This document shows positions 23,458 to 37,282 of a stretch of DNA of 64,000 nucleotides, piece after piece. This DNA is from Phallusia mammillata (taxonomy: Eukaryota), in the NCBI GenBank assembly GCA_965637545.1, contig OZ281497.1, forward strand, positions 27,218,001 to 27,282,000, given 5' to 3'. The position numbers and the translations under genes are program-made. Within the stretch, counting starts at the first letter, position 1; each line of letters opens with the position of its first letter. The notes under the pieces were generated by a model that was not told the origin of the DNA, made no database searches, and was given only the letters and a program-made list of their open reading frames with translations.

Positions 23458-25703
23458 ATGGTGTTAGTTTGGTTGTTTATGTTCTGTTTGTCTGTTCCTT
23501 CTGAAGGACGAATTTGGCACAACTTCGATGGATTTCAATATTCCGTTGAAATGACTCCAGTCTCTTCATATGCTGAAGCAGAGATGGGTTGTTCTGCGTT
23601 GCAAGCTAAAGTAGCTAACGTTAGAACTATAGAAATCTTTGAGTTTTTAAAGAAATTCATAAACCTGACAGGTAACAAATAAACAGTTGCTGCAATGGTA
23701 TCAATAAGATTTGCTCCTCCTTCAGTTTTTTTTTCTTTTGTAAACATCCTAGGTTACCCATACGATGTCGCTTTGTATCAGTGCTTTTCAACCGGGTGTT
23801 TCGTACACCGCAGGGTGTATCATAATTTTTGAAGGGTGTACCACTTTGATGGGGTGTAAATGCTTGTAAAGCAATACTTATCTGACAGACCTTTTATTCA
23901 TCCACATTACTCTTTTGTTAACCTGTACGAAATATTACATTTTGAACTGATTTAATGCAACATATATTTTCCGTACACGGTATAAGTGATGTTTCGGCGC
24001 AAAATGACGTAATACAGCTGTGACGATATTAACCTGACCCTATTGATCACAAAAGTAGCAATACTAGTTTTATTTTTGACTTACGTTTGGTTGAAATTAG
24101 ACATAATTAGATATTGTTTGCAAGCAAGTAACTTTGTGCTGTTTGCACACTAACAAAAACTGTAATTTGAACTGTTACTGTCCGCTTTAGATGAGCCATT
24201 CTCGCTTTACATCGGTGCTAAAAGTGTCGGAAACACACATAAGTTTCGATGGAATGATGGAAGCAATGTTCATCTTACAACATCCATGTGGTCTTCTGGA
24301 CAACCAGATAACAATAGAAGTGATAATTGCGTCACAATGGGTATTTTTTACGAACGACATGTTGATCGGAAATTATATAGATGGTATGACGTACCATGTA
24401 CACATTACAATTCGAGATACATTTGTGAGAAAAAGTCAGCAGGTAATCAAGGATTGGTTGCGGCGGTTGGTGTAATGAGTGGTAAAATAGAATCAAACTT
24501 AAATGTATCATTAAATCCTATTGTGATAAGAATGTCTCATCAATTTGTTGTTTGTATCGGTAGCAAGTTAGTTTGCAAACTGCTGCTTGTATTAAAATGA
24601 TGAACTAAATCTGACATAAATCTGCTTTGTCTGTTGCAGCCACATCATTATTACCATCTTTTAAACCACCAACAACTAGTGTGCAAGCATCTACCAAACC
24701 AGCTACTACAATGAAATCAACACGATCCATATCAACCACAAAAGTCATTTTATCATCCACCAATTTACCAACAAGTCTACAACCATCTATCAAACCAACT
24801 GATTCAACCATATTAACACCATCCACTCAAATAATTGCTACTGAAAGCTCGCATACTGTCAACACTACACAAGGTAACAAGAAAAAAATGTAAATTTTTG
24901 TGAAAGCAGAATGGATCGAACAATCACATTACAACATTGAAATCTTAAAACGCCAACACAGGGAACAAAATGTCAGCTTTTTTAGTTGTATTTACAAGCG
25001 AATGTGGCTTAGTAAGTATAAGCCTGTTTCTTTGTAATTGTGCAGATAGACCGAAACTCAATACCGCCATCATTGCTTCCACAATTGGCGGATGCGTCAT
25101 ATTGGTCGTAATTTGCATCGCCATTGTCTTTGTTACGTCACGCAAGAAAAGAAGGTAACAATAGGACGTTTGAGTACAATAATGAATCGTGGTGACATTC
25201 ACTTTCATAAACCTTTAAAAATACTGTAAACATACTGTACGAGACATTATTAAATACCTTTGGTAGATCATTTCGCTTTATACTTTTCGCAGGGGAAACA
25301 AACTGGTGAACGAAGCGGTAGTAATTGAATACAACACAGGGGGTAGGAAAACAAATGCTGGTTGTTTATAATAGTTACAGTAACTTAGTTGCCTGACAAA
25401 AACACGTAACTTAGTGTGTATACACTGTCTTGAAGTAGTTTTTATTGACACAAGAATGTTATGAAATAAAATGTATTTTGTTAAACAGCTGGAGAGTTCA
25501 AACCCGAAGGAACGTACAACATTCCTCAAATTAAAGAAAACAGTTTTGCCATTCAACATTCAACACAATCACCATCACGTCATCAAAGCGATGACGCAAT
25601 CCAGGGGCCACGTCACGTAGTTGGACAGGCAGCAGCAAGAAGCAGGGATGTCTACGCTCAGGTCAGAAGGTTAAAACAATCAACAAAAAGTTCACCACAA
25701 TAG
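23458..25703 (+). CDS. Type-I transmembrane C-type lectin receptor L1 (357 aa; QPD motif; mucin stalk; short tyrosine-motif tail)
   Basis: Exons 23458-23671, 24191-24442, 24640-24873, 25046-25154, 25293-25342 and 25489-25703 total 1074 nt and are in frame. Signal peptide; CTLD with YIG, FRWNDG, W..GQPD, C, WYD.PC, YICE; Ser/Thr stalk; TM IIASTIGGCVILVVICIAIVFV followed by RKKRR; tail YNIP and DVYAQV. Confidence 0.85.
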
Positions 25704-26959
25704 ACACACGATCCAATGAACCGGATTTACCCTGCGCTGAAATACGTCGGGACAAATAAATCGAGAAATGATTGCAACTAATCATCGACATTTAGCTTAT
25801 TGTGTCCATCTGTGGAACAACTTGCAAACTCGTCTCATTTTCTGCCCTATATTTTACTAAATCTGACTATATTTTTGCTATACTTTATAAATCTATGTTT
25901 TTGTGGTTGAAATCTTGTGTTTAATTCCTATGTTTTCCTACATTTTTTCAGGATTTTCCCGTTTGTTGTTTCTGTAGTTTGTTTAGGACGGTTGCGATGG
26001 GGTTATTTGTATATGTTTTGATCATGCGTCTTAGTCTATTCGGCCAAATGCTTACCTTTTTTCTCGGAATTTGTAGCATACATTTACGTTTCAAACTTGT
26101 TTAACATACATGGACTCGTTTCGTTTGCATCTACTTGTATTGAGTCACGAGTTTTTGACAATCGTTTATACCAGCGGCCGTCAACTCTCGATATGTGTAA
26201 AACCTTTATCGTCATTTTTTGGTTGTCTATTAAATTTTTTTTTACTAGCAACGCGCCAACACCCCTGGCACAAACCATTATTAGACACAAGAATGAATGA
26301 TATTAAAAAAGCATGTTGTGTTGTGTTTTTATTTACAATCTGTCATTAGACAACGCCAAATGTTGTTCTCCAGAGTGTTTTAAATGTTAAGGTCCAAACC
26401 TAAATTTGAATGTTTGGCAAACATGCACCCAGAGATACCTGGAGCTACTTTTAAATGTTTTAGAATAGAGTAGCGACTTGGATACAAACACATAACAAAT
26501 TTGTTGCAAAACGTTCAGCGTAGTTAAGTCAGGCTGCTTAATTTTAAGTCTATTCAACAGTAATGTTACAACAAAGAATAGAAGGCAGAAACAAAGTTAT
26601 CAAGACGAAGCACTATAAGTGAAAATAGGTATAAACACCAGCAATTTGTGTAAGCTAAAGTAAGGCTTTGAATATCAACTAATAGTTTATTGACAATGGG
26701 AATATTCAAATTTTATTTCAATTTTACGTCGTGCGTCAAAAACACGGTTTTAAAGGGTTTCTATAAGCCTAGCGATTTTCTTGACGTAAGACTTTTTTGA
26801 ACCACGTACTATTAAAGCGTTCAGTGACATAATAAATTATTTTAATGAGTCAGGTTCGGCTACGAATAATAGAAAGGTTTTGTAAATGCTCTGTTCTCCG
26901 AAACAAATGTCTATTATAAATTACTAGAATAGACCAGAATTTATATGTAAGTAACTTGC

Positions 26960-28070
26960 TACTGGGTGTTTATTATTGCAAAACGGGTGAAAACCGATAA
27001 GTTTAAGTGGAATGATGGCGGCTATGTTTTAGTACCAGCGAAAATTTGCCACCAGCCTAATTACTACCAAAACATCACAATCCACCAAACCAACTACTAA
27101 CACCGTATTAGTATCTACCAGGACTAATTGCCCCATACACCAAACAAACTATTACTGCACTAATATTACTCTCAAGCATATTAACACCATTAGCGTTACC
27201 ACTTTAATATTCATTAAACAAACCAAAAAACACTCTATTGCCGTTCTCAAAGTTATGAACACGATGGTGTGTGCGGCCACTTGTGAATTGACTGTCACGT
27301 TAAGTACTTTAATGCATGCAACAAGCAAGTTTGGAAAGTAAAATGTGCATGTGAAACAAATCTATGGAGGCAGGTGTTGCTTGTTAATTCGTGTGTTGCA
27401 TTGTTTTTTTCCAATGGAACAAACTGTGCAACAAATTTAGTTCACGCACTAGCGTCCGGCAACAAATAATCCACACAGGTGAATTTGCCAAGTAGAGAAA
27501 TATATCAAACACGTTTACTTTGTATCAACACATTAGCTGATTTGATCGCGATGAGGTGATTTCTATGGATATCAATCATGTTGTGGGTTTGAATAAAATG
27601 CCGCTCAAGAAAACAATTACCTGAATTACGTGCCCGAACCTCAATAGAGTAGCACCAACTTGCGGACTCTGATGGTTCCGGCAATAAATAATAGAGCCTT
27701 GCACCTACTCTTGGTTAGGAAATGTTTTCCTGAGTCAGCTGAGCTTCTTGGGCTATGTTCTTCTTTACTTGTTGCTTTCGCTTCTTTTTGTCATTTATTT
27801 TTACATTAAAATTTTGCAGCTGCTGTTGCTCCAGCAATAGCCAACACAGTCATCATTGATTTAACAACAGGCGGAAGCGTCATATTAGTTACCATCTGTA
27901 TTGTATTTTGTTTTTACTATCTCACGAAATAAAAAGAGGTAACTGTGTTTGCAATATCAAAACTAATCGACTCACATTTAGTTATTTGTGCTTTTGCATC
28001 TTTTCTCTTTAGGAGAAACAAACCGGTGAATGAAGAAGTGACTTATAACGTTATTTATTGCAACGCAGAG
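26960..28070 (+). pseudogene. Degenerate lectin-receptor paralogue (partial CTLD, stalk, TM and juxtamembrane exons)
   Basis: FIIAKRVKTDKFKWNDGG at ~26968 runs into Thr-rich sequence. TM exon 27820-27938 has a frameshift/stop. Exon 28013-28070 reads RNKPVNEEVTYNVIYCNAE. Confidence 0.7.
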
Positions 28071-29457
28071 GTAGTTGACAGTTTCGGTTACCATATCATT
28101 CATATGAGTAGGAAACAAATCAATTATGTATCCTGAGAGTTATTTGTACAACTTATTTGCCGAATTTATGTTAAGTAGTTTTCTGTTATTTAAACCTAAA
28201 CGTTTTCCTGACAAAAAAAATCTTTGAAAGAGTCGATAAATTGAAACGCAGGCTATTACAAATATAAGTTACATGGGTGAAAGTTATTGAGCAAAAGTGT
28301 CAAATTAATTTCTGGCAGGCTATTAGAACTATTAGAACATGAAAACAACACGCAATAAATGTAACCGTGGGTGTTCCTGGTTTCAACAATTGCCCTCCAT
28401 TGCACCAAAGTTTAAGCTAATGTCTAACCTGAGCGGTGATTAGAATATTTAAATTCTATTGAAATTTCATGTCATGAAGTTATTGTCCCAACGTCTATTT
28501 TGGGTTTGTATTCTCAAGAATATTCGTTCCATTATTCATTCCGTGCCCATTAGATACTTCTTCTTTGTTCTATAAGTTCTTGAATAAACCGTTGATTGTG
28601 AACAAAGTCAGAAGCATCAAATATAAATGTAGAAAGGTCTAGCAACAGTCACAGTATACTTATTGCTAAAGAGTTTAGTTGTATAGACGTTCTGTTATCT
28701 CTATTTTAGGCTGAATAGACGTTCTGTTATCTTTATTTTGATCTGTAAAGCATTTTTTACCTCATTATTCATAAAACGTCTCAAATCTTGTATTCATCAC
28801 ATTTAACTTTTGTTTTAAATTGTTTGCATGTATATAACAGTCCAATCCACTCACTTTCTGTAACTAATTACAAAACCTTGGAATGTTGTATGTTATTCGC
28901 ACATTGTGCTTTCCTTTACAACAAAGTTGTTTTAGGCATCAAAAAACAAGTAGGAACTTAGATCAAAACTATATTCGTGGACATATCAACTTTGCAAATT
29001 CTGTTTGCAAACTGTAGGTCACGGGGATTTCTCATCTAGGCGAATTAAGTCGTTTGAAAAAGTGACCTTGTCGTAATACGATTTTTTTTTAATCAATCGA
29101 TGTAGGCAACAAAGTGTTCGAAAATACCTATAGTTTAGTAACTTCGCGACTATGAACATAGGCCTTATCCAGAAAGGCTTTCTATTGCAGTAAGGTTCAA
29201 ACTAATGTTGTATATTCTGCGGATAATATTTAGATTTTATTCAAATATTACATGACGAACTTTCAAAACACTTTTCTCCTCCACATGAACCTTGAAAGTT
29301 GTTAACAGATTGAATCTGATCTTATGCAAGCGCACGCGAGTGTGTTGTTGGTTGCCGTAAATACAGAAGGTTGAAAACGATTGGTTTAGGCTATATGTGT
29401 CTAATTGGTATTGCTTATACAATGAGTGGATGCTTTTAGATTTGTAGGACCATAAAT

Positions 29458-30196
29458 ATGAGGTGGTTGGTTTTGCTGTTTATGTTGAGTTTGTCAGTTT
29501 CTGCTGAAGATCAAAGTTGGCATAACTTTAATGGATTTCAATATTTCATCGACATGACTCCAGTCAATTCATATGCCGAAGCAGAGAGGGGATGTTCTGC
29601 GTTGCAAGCTAATGTAGCTGAAGTTAAAACTACGGTTATCAACAACTTTTTAAAAGGATTCCTAAAGCGGCCAGGTAGAATTTGAGTTACTTGATGTTTG
29701 TTTAGGTTGTATCGACATGTGCAAAACAGTAACATGTGATTTAACATTTGTAAAACAATACACCTACAACTTTTAATAACTTTTTATTGGAGGTTTATTA
29801 CGTTTTAGATTTGTATGTAATGTAAGGAACAAATAAAACTAATCCACTCAAAGTTTATTCCTCTTTCAAACTGATATGAATAATGGGTGTTTTTATTTAA
29901 ATTGAAACGGTAAACTATAAAATGTTTGTTTAGGTGCCATTTATGGGCTGTATATTGGTGCTAAAAGAATCGATAACACAAATACGTTTCGATGGAATGA
30001 TGGAAGCAATGTTTCTCTTACAACCACTATGTGGGCTACAGGGGAACCAAATAACAAATTCGGAGAAGAAAATTGTGTTGCTATGCTGGTGAAAAAAATT
30101 GGCAATTATGAACCTTTCAAATGGTTTGATGTACCCTGTAGATTATTAGGCACAGGATATATTTGCCAAAGAGTTTTTACGTATTTTTGCACTTAG
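29458..30196 (+). CDS. C-type lectin L2 (EPN motif), predicted 159-aa secreted form lacking stalk and TM
   Basis: Exons 29458-29674 and 29934-30196. Signal peptide, LYIGA, FRWNDG, WATGEPNN, WFDVPC, YICQR, then VFTYFCT*. Confidence 0.75.
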
Positions 30197-30264
30197 AGAA
30201 GTAAAATCTGAAAAATATATGTATTCATCTGCCTCATTAAAACCGAGTAATATTTGCTGTGCAG

Positions 30265-31167
30265 AAATGAGTTGTCGAGAAATGCAGTTGAAAGTGAATA
30301 CGTTGACATGAGTAAGTATTTTTGTTTAAACCCTAGTTACGTAGTAGATTTACCACAAGTTGCCAAATATGACTGCCTGTTCATGCTAGGCGTTTGCAAA
30401 AAAAGGTTCGGCCTATTAATTAGGCTAGAATTGTTTATGTTCAAGGTAAATTTTATGTAAAGATGCCATCCTCGGTCAAGTTTGGTATTTGTATTTGTCA
30501 ATGCAATGTTGAGGGTTGCTCATCAAAAATCCTCTCATCGAAATCATCTTTAATATGAATCAATTTTGGAACTTTTTTAGACAGTATTGAGATTTTTATT
30601 CGGAATTTCTTTTGTCTGTTTAATTTGTTTTAAAGTGTGTTTGTTGCAAACAGCTATAAATCGCCGGATTACAGAGTCGCACAACCGTGAACCAATCTAC
30701 ATCAACAACTTCCTGCAACTGTCATCGGTAAAACAATCGGATGGCATTAGTCCTTATAACGTCTATCATGCTCATGGTACTAATTGCCTTTCAATATCTA
30801 AAGTATGTACTTTGCAGCATGGATTAAAAAATATTTTTATTTTAAATATTTAAAAATGTAGCTTATCATTGATTGGCTCTATGCTTTTATATTTTAAAAA
30901 TATTTTTTTTAATTCTATCAATCGGTTTTGTTTTGATATTTGTATTGTCCATCAAATCCCTGCAAACGATTCGTTAATCGGTTATGAAACGCATATTATT
31001 GCAAAGTAGTTTTATAAAGATGAAATTCACCTAAATTTAGAAACACATTCACCAATCTATGTGAATACTTCGGGACAACCAACCACATACAATCACAAGT
31101 TGATGATATCAATCCCTACTGCGTCAGAGAGCGTCGTCCTGATTGCATAACAGTTGATCCTTGGTAA
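30265..31167 (+). pseudogene. Orphan cytoplasmic-tail exon set, type B, copy 1 (30265-30311, 30654-~30802, 31041-31167)
   Basis: NELSRNAVESEYVDM; EPIYINN...DGISPYNV; SPIYVN...DDINPYCV...RRPDCITVDPW*. The first exon has a phase-2 acceptor like the post-TM exons of L1/L3. Phase conflicts are present. Confidence 0.55.
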
Positions 31168-31615
31168 GTATTTTATTTCCGTTTCCATAAATGTTTAGAG
31201 AAACCACATTTTAACCCAGTATTCATTGGCCTCGAAAGTTCGACGGGCCTGCAGGCGTCCTTTTTCCACCCTTGCAATTAGCAGTCTAATTCCAGTTGAC
31301 CTTATTTCTTATCAGTGGTCTGACTGTTTTGAAATGTCGTATACACTAACACGTATAAAAGTTAAAGAGTGTCACAAAAAACGTGAAAATCATTACATTG
31401 ACATAAACACGTTTGTGCTCATTATGTCTGGTGAAAAGTTGCGTGACCTCATAGGATTATAATTTCTAACAGTTTTATTACATAGTGTTGATACATTTAA
31501 ACAAACAAATATGCAAACATTTTGGTGTATAGCGACATAAACTGTTTCGCATCTTCCACTTTAACACTATATGTCGCTATTGAGGTAACATAAGCATTTT
31601 TTAACGAAGATCAAA

Positions 31616-31712
31616 GGCCGAATGGTCTGGCGCGCCTGACCCATACACACACATAAAAAATGATCGGGATTCGTCCCCGGGAGTGTCCTGGGTTCGAACC
31701 CCGTGAAAAAAG
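31616..31712 (+). mobile_element. tRNA-derived short SINE, 5'-truncated copy
   Basis: Partial A box GGCCGAATGG, B box GGTTCGAACCC, A-tail, 7-bp TSD GATCAAA (31609-31615 / 31713-31719). Matches 58385-58500. Confidence 0.8.
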
Positions 31713-32417
31713 GATCAAACTTAACTTGCAGAGATAACAACCTGATCCCTCACAGAAGCCAAACTGTTTTTCGGCGGTTTAAACATTATATCGTCATTTT
31801 ATCACGAACGAAAATGTACAGAATGTGTATTAGAGTTTCGCGGTGTGTTTGTTTTTGTTAACGACGTATAAACTATGGTGGCATTCACATTGGATCAAAC
31901 TTTAAGCATTTCTGTGGTTTGTCTGTGAATTTTTAGGCCGAAAAATCAAAATCTATTTTGCCTGCGACACTTTGATTGTCAACTCTTCAGAAAATCAGAA
32001 AAAATCAGAAATGACGATATGTAAATGTTCTTATAGACTTGAGCTTTAATATTTCTATGTTTATCGACATCCTCTTGTGTAAATATCCTCACATTTAACT
32101 TCGATTAGATTTGTCAAATTCAATAAAAATAAATGCTAGTAAATATTTTTTTTGAATTTAAATTCATAACAACCATGGTCGGAAAAGGTCCGTTAAAAGG
32201 CTTTAGCACTTTGGTTGCAAACACGAAAACCAGTATTGTTGTACTGTAAAAAAGTAATTACAGCAGAACGTTTCTACACTAATTTTTTTAATTAAAAATT
32301 AGAAAACGGTGATTTTTCTAAAGAAAATCTGAAATAGCAGTGGTTAATCTGTCTAGTTTCCCGAAAGTTGGTTATCCTATTTACTCAACCAAGATGAAAA
32401 ATTTAGTTGTTTTACAG

Positions 32418-32486
32418 ATAAAGAAAACCGAAGAAACGTACAACATTCCTCAAATCGAAGAAAACAGTTTCGCCAACCATTTAATA
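32418..32486 (+). pseudogene. Orphan start of a type-A tail exon, truncated by a MITE-like insertion
   Basis: ETYNIPQIEENSF, nearly identical to the last exon of L3 (KTYNIPQIEENSF). Confidence 0.65.
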
Positions 32487-34891
32487 CAGAGGTGTCCACC
32501 CCGTGGCCCGTCGGAAGGTTCTGAGTGGCCCACGTAGTATTTTTTAAAAAGACCCATATTTGCAACTTATTCGCCTACGTAATTTATGGCGAACTTTCAT
32601 TCTGAAAAATTGGCATTTATTGTTTGCTTTATTTCTTTGTTATTAGAGTAGTAATACACAACTGTTCAAGTTACTTTTATTGCGTCACAATACGCGTTGT
32701 TACGCATCACAATGTTCATATTGTTACGTTACAATCTGACTCGTGCTTCAAGAGTGAGTCAGTAATGTTTCTTGGTTCATTGAGATACATCTGGTATCAG
32801 AGACTCGCACAAAACGCATTTAGTAGTAAAAAAACAAAACGCATTTAGCAGTAAAACATCTTATGCACTCTGCAGTGATATACTTTATGCCAAACAGGAA
32901 ACAAAAAGCAAGTAACGCTAACAGACCTTTCCAGGAAAGGTTGACATGTGACTTTAAATCCCCTGCGAGATCAGAAATTTCTGACAGCCATATGGAAAAA
33001 AAAACCGCTTTGCATTGCTCTGTAGCGATTGTGACATAATTTGTGCAAACTTTGCAATATTTGTTTACCAAAATAGCTCGGTTTTGACTCGCTAGCTCAA
33101 AGCTTGCGAGGAAATTAAAATGTATAGCAACCAAATTCAACTGTATTGACAAATCATGTTCGGACTTTGTAATATTTCCTGTCGCAGTTAATTAGGATGC
33201 AATTACGTCATTGTGATGTGGTGTTTATGTGCTTTAGCCGTATGTTTTGTACTGTGCTGTGATTGGATGCTGTTTTGTGTGGGAATTGTGCAAGAGCCAA
33301 TCGCAAGAGCACATGTGTACGATTTAACGCCTTTTTCCGGGGTAAATATAAAACCGCACTCGTTCATTTCGATCTTTCTCTTCCTCTTCTTCTGTTTCTC
33401 ATTCTCTCCAATAAACAAACGAACTGAAGTGCAAGACAACTGTGTGGAGTTTCCAGGACTCTGTCCTGACAAGCCCAGGAGCTTGGGAGATTAAGGACGG
33501 TGGTATACCTTTCTAATTTGTAGTGACTCGGTTTTATAGCTTGTACCGAAACACCTTATTAACACTACAGCTCCATCGTCCATGTCAAGCTCACTGACTT
33601 TGGTTCATCGAGTTCATTGTTCAATTCCCATGTGTCACATTTGTTTTCCCGTTTCGAGTTTCGTTATTCGTTGTTCACTCAAGATCGCTGGACCTATAAA
33701 TACCTCGCCACAAACTTTGTATCTCATTCTAGTTCTCATTTATCTCATTAATGCTGATTCTAGTTTTTTAACGGTTAAAATACTGTTCAAAGTGCGAATT
33801 TATGTTCTGATAATATTCGCCTCGACATCGTGTCTCTTGTCAATTTGATGTACCGCTGAACTTATAAACTAAGTAATTTCTGTTTGTTTATTTGTGTGTT
33901 ACTATTAATAAACTCGTGAAGTAGATACCTAAGTCTGGGCTATAGCAGTTATTAATCGGAGTCAGCTTTGCATTCGCTGCATGTCATTATCAGTGCAGGT
34001 TAAAACGTCTGCACTAAGAAGTATTCTATATACACATGCTTTCTGACAGTTAAGATTTTAGTTAAATCAAATCACACAACAAAGTCTTGAAGAATTAAGC
34101 ATAGTACACAAACAAAAATAAATCTTTTTGCAAGTTCAAAACAATATTGGTGTCCAGGGACAGTTTATAAACATTGCCAAGCAAAAATGCCACCTGGCAT
34201 TACAAAGCAAATACTAAGCTTACATCACCTGATATTACCAAGCAAACACTAAACAGTCGCTAAATAACACTTATTCAAATTCGCGCTACTTCAGTCGGCA
34301 TCATGCACTTGCAGCCGAATTTATAGCAAACTGCAAACCCCCATTTTGTTCTTCTTGTCAGACTGGTTGCTGAGCAATGCCTTTTTTTTTTCTGCGAAAA
34401 CAAGTTCCGATCAAGCCACGAGTTGAGAAGAAGTGGAACATTTTCACAAAACTAAAGTGCTCTGACGGAAAATCCTGTTAAAATACGAATTAAAGACAAG
34501 TGTAATCATAGAGCACAAATACTAGAGAGGTAACTATTTGTTCACTCAAGCGTGAAATCAATCATAACTTGTCTTGTTTGGCAAATATTTTGATTTTTGA
34601 AGCAATAAGGTATTTAACATCTTCTTTCTATGGAATACAGTTTAGACCGATTCATGATGCACAAATGTTTAGCTAAAGTAAAACTGATTGAAGTCTCCAT
34701 ATGTTTGCAGTACAATCATAGCATTAAAATGCAAGCCCATACTAAACAACGTATTTTTCAAGTTGTATAAATGTAAAGCAATGAAAGCGTTACTTGAGTT
34801 GCACACCAAAAACGAGCAATTATAGAGTTTGGCTCATTGAAACACCATCTTTTAATTAACGTGATTAAAAAAGAATTTATTTGTTTCGTAG

Positions 34892-35933
34892 GAACGAGAT
34901 GTCAACGAGGAATGCAGATGAACCGAAAAACGTTAACACGAGTGAACACTTTTTAACAAAAAACAGGACTTACATAGTAAAGTAAAACAAAAACAGAACC
35001 ACAAGTTGCCAAATATGAATGTCTCTCCATACTGAGGGTGTGCAAAATGGGTTCGGCGCGCGGGCCTAATGCGACCTATTGAATAAACTTTGTGTGATCC
35101 GCGGAGACGTCTTGATTTCAAAGGCAGTGTGGCCACTTAACAATTTAATGTGGACCCTACAACGATTCAATTGTTTTTTCTTTTCTCACTGGAATAATGC
35201 GTCTTGGTTGATTCTGCGACCCGACAATGCGGACTCACTTGCAAATATTACTGGGTTGCTGTTAACACTACTGTTTATGTCCGTGTGCTGGTACGGAACA
35301 CAGTAAAACAAATGTAAGGATGTTGCCAGCGATCCAATTTTGGTAATTGTATTTTGCCCATCAGTGTTGAAGGTTGCACAACCCCTGCTCGAAATCAATG
35401 TGAACATAAATCGCTTTTTGTTTTTGTTTACACTTTAATATATTCTGAAATTGTAAAACAGTGTTCTTTTTTAAACAGAAAATAGAATCATAAAAAATCC
35501 CACGAACACACCAATCTACGACCATAATGCCTTACAAGTTGCAGTGGCACAAAAACAAGCTGATGACATCAGTCCTTATTGCGTCAGCCACAAGCAAGGT
35601 CCTGATTGCATATTTTTATCCTCAATGTGTATTTTACGGTCTATCTGTATTTAGAAATGTTCAAATAAGGCGCATTACAATCATTCTTTTTTCTATTAGT
35701 TTGTTTTTACATCTTACATGTAAAAGCGATATTTTATTCAGGTATAAAATACATTTCAATGCAAAGTTGTTTCCAACAGATGGAATTCAACTAAATACAA
35801 CAATCCACCAACCTATGTCAAAAACTCGTACAATTAACCATCAACCACGTCACAATCACAAGCTGAAGACGTCAATCCCTATTGCGTCAGCCAAGATCGA
35901 CGTCCTGATTACATAACATTTGATCCTAATTAA
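34892..35933 (+). pseudogene. Orphan cytoplasmic-tail exon set, type B, copy 2 (34892-34941, 35479-~35626, 35780-35933)
   Basis: NEMSTRNADEPKNVNT; TPIYDHN...DDISPYCVS...GPDCI; PTYVKN...EDVNPYCVSQDRRPDYITFDPN*. Contains an internal stop and a frameshift. Confidence 0.55.
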
Positions 35934-37282
35934 TTTTAGATACAGTACATTGCGACACTATTTTTTTTGCATTAGCTTTGTTTATATGTTACTGTAAATG
36001 GCATTTTATTCCAGTTTAAAATGTAAATATGTGTAGAGCTATTGTTTCTGCGCCTAAAAACCAATGAATAGACCGCGCGCTACCCTTAATGCTTTCGCAA
36101 CACAGTAACAAATAAGCAATCTGACTTTTGTTCTTGTTATAAATGCGGTCTAAAATACGCACGGTTTTAGACAACAAAATTGGGCTAACGTTGCACTTAA
36201 AAACATGATAAAAACCACACAAATCGGTACTAAAAGTTCCCACAAGCAAAGGGCACGTTATTACAAGGCCGACCAACCAAGTCTGCCTGATCGTAGTTTA
36301 CCGCCCTCACGTCAGGGAGCCACCCTCGAGGAAAAACACAAGTTAATTGAGAAAAGTCCCGACGGCGTGTAAAATTAGGACAACACACTGGAATGCCAAG
36401 GCAGCGCGGTGGGTTGCATTCGAAACGCCAAAATGAAAGCAATAAGAAAACGACAAGAAAACAAACAATAAAAACCTATGGTGAAACAAAAACAAAGAAG
36501 ATGAATAACATACAGTGACGTAGCAACAAACAAACTTAGTGCCGGTATAGTTAACAAATAAACAAAGGTGATATTATTCGCAAAATATATATTATGGGAA
36601 ACGAACAACATATAGTGACAAAACAACAAACGAAATGAGTGGCACAACAGTGCAATAAATAAAGTAGTAATATTACTCGTTTGTAAATTTTGTTTGTTTT
36701 GGAAACGATGAAGATACCATTGAAACCAACTAACACTGTATACTGTACAACTATCCACTAGATACCAAGAACAATAACAACATGAAGATGTCAATCTCTA
36801 ACAAAGTAGGACATCGGCCCAAATAACCGACATGGTTTATCAAAAGTGGCGGACATGCAGGCGTTTGTTTCCCGTTGTAAAAATTAGCAATCCTAAACCA
36901 ATTTCATTACTTGATAAACTAGTTGTTCGAAGTGTTGCCCTTCATGGGAGTATAAATTCGTGTTAGTGGCCAGCGTTAATAAAACCAAGTAAGAATCAAA
37001 CAAATGTATGTACGAATATAACACATTCGGTGAGTGCTAGATGTCAGAAACTGCTTTCAAAGCCATTTAAGCAAGGTGTCGATATTGAGGTAAATATGCA
37101 TAATTGGGACATTCAACTTCAAACTGCTATTTTAGATTCGTGTTGTTATGTTGTATCGGTTTTAACGTTTGATTTTGTTGTCGAGAAGTGTGTTGTCGTT
37201 GTAGCAGTCTCTTTTTATTATTATTATTTTTACATCTTTTATTGCCTAAATACCTTAATTTTATTTTATTTCTTGCTTAGAA

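Noticed and set aside
31616-31712. tRNA gene
   Set aside because: No acceptor stem or anticodon arm, and the poly(A) tail plus TSD indicate a SINE.
33180-33510. Solo LTR candidate (CCAAT, TATA-like and AATAAA motifs)
   Set aside because: The signals are suggestive, but termini and TSD could not be fixed.
36250-36803. Minus-strand LTR-like segment and 139-aa hydrophobic ORF
   Set aside because: The ORF is a low-complexity product of A/C-rich sequence, and the element boundaries are unsupported.
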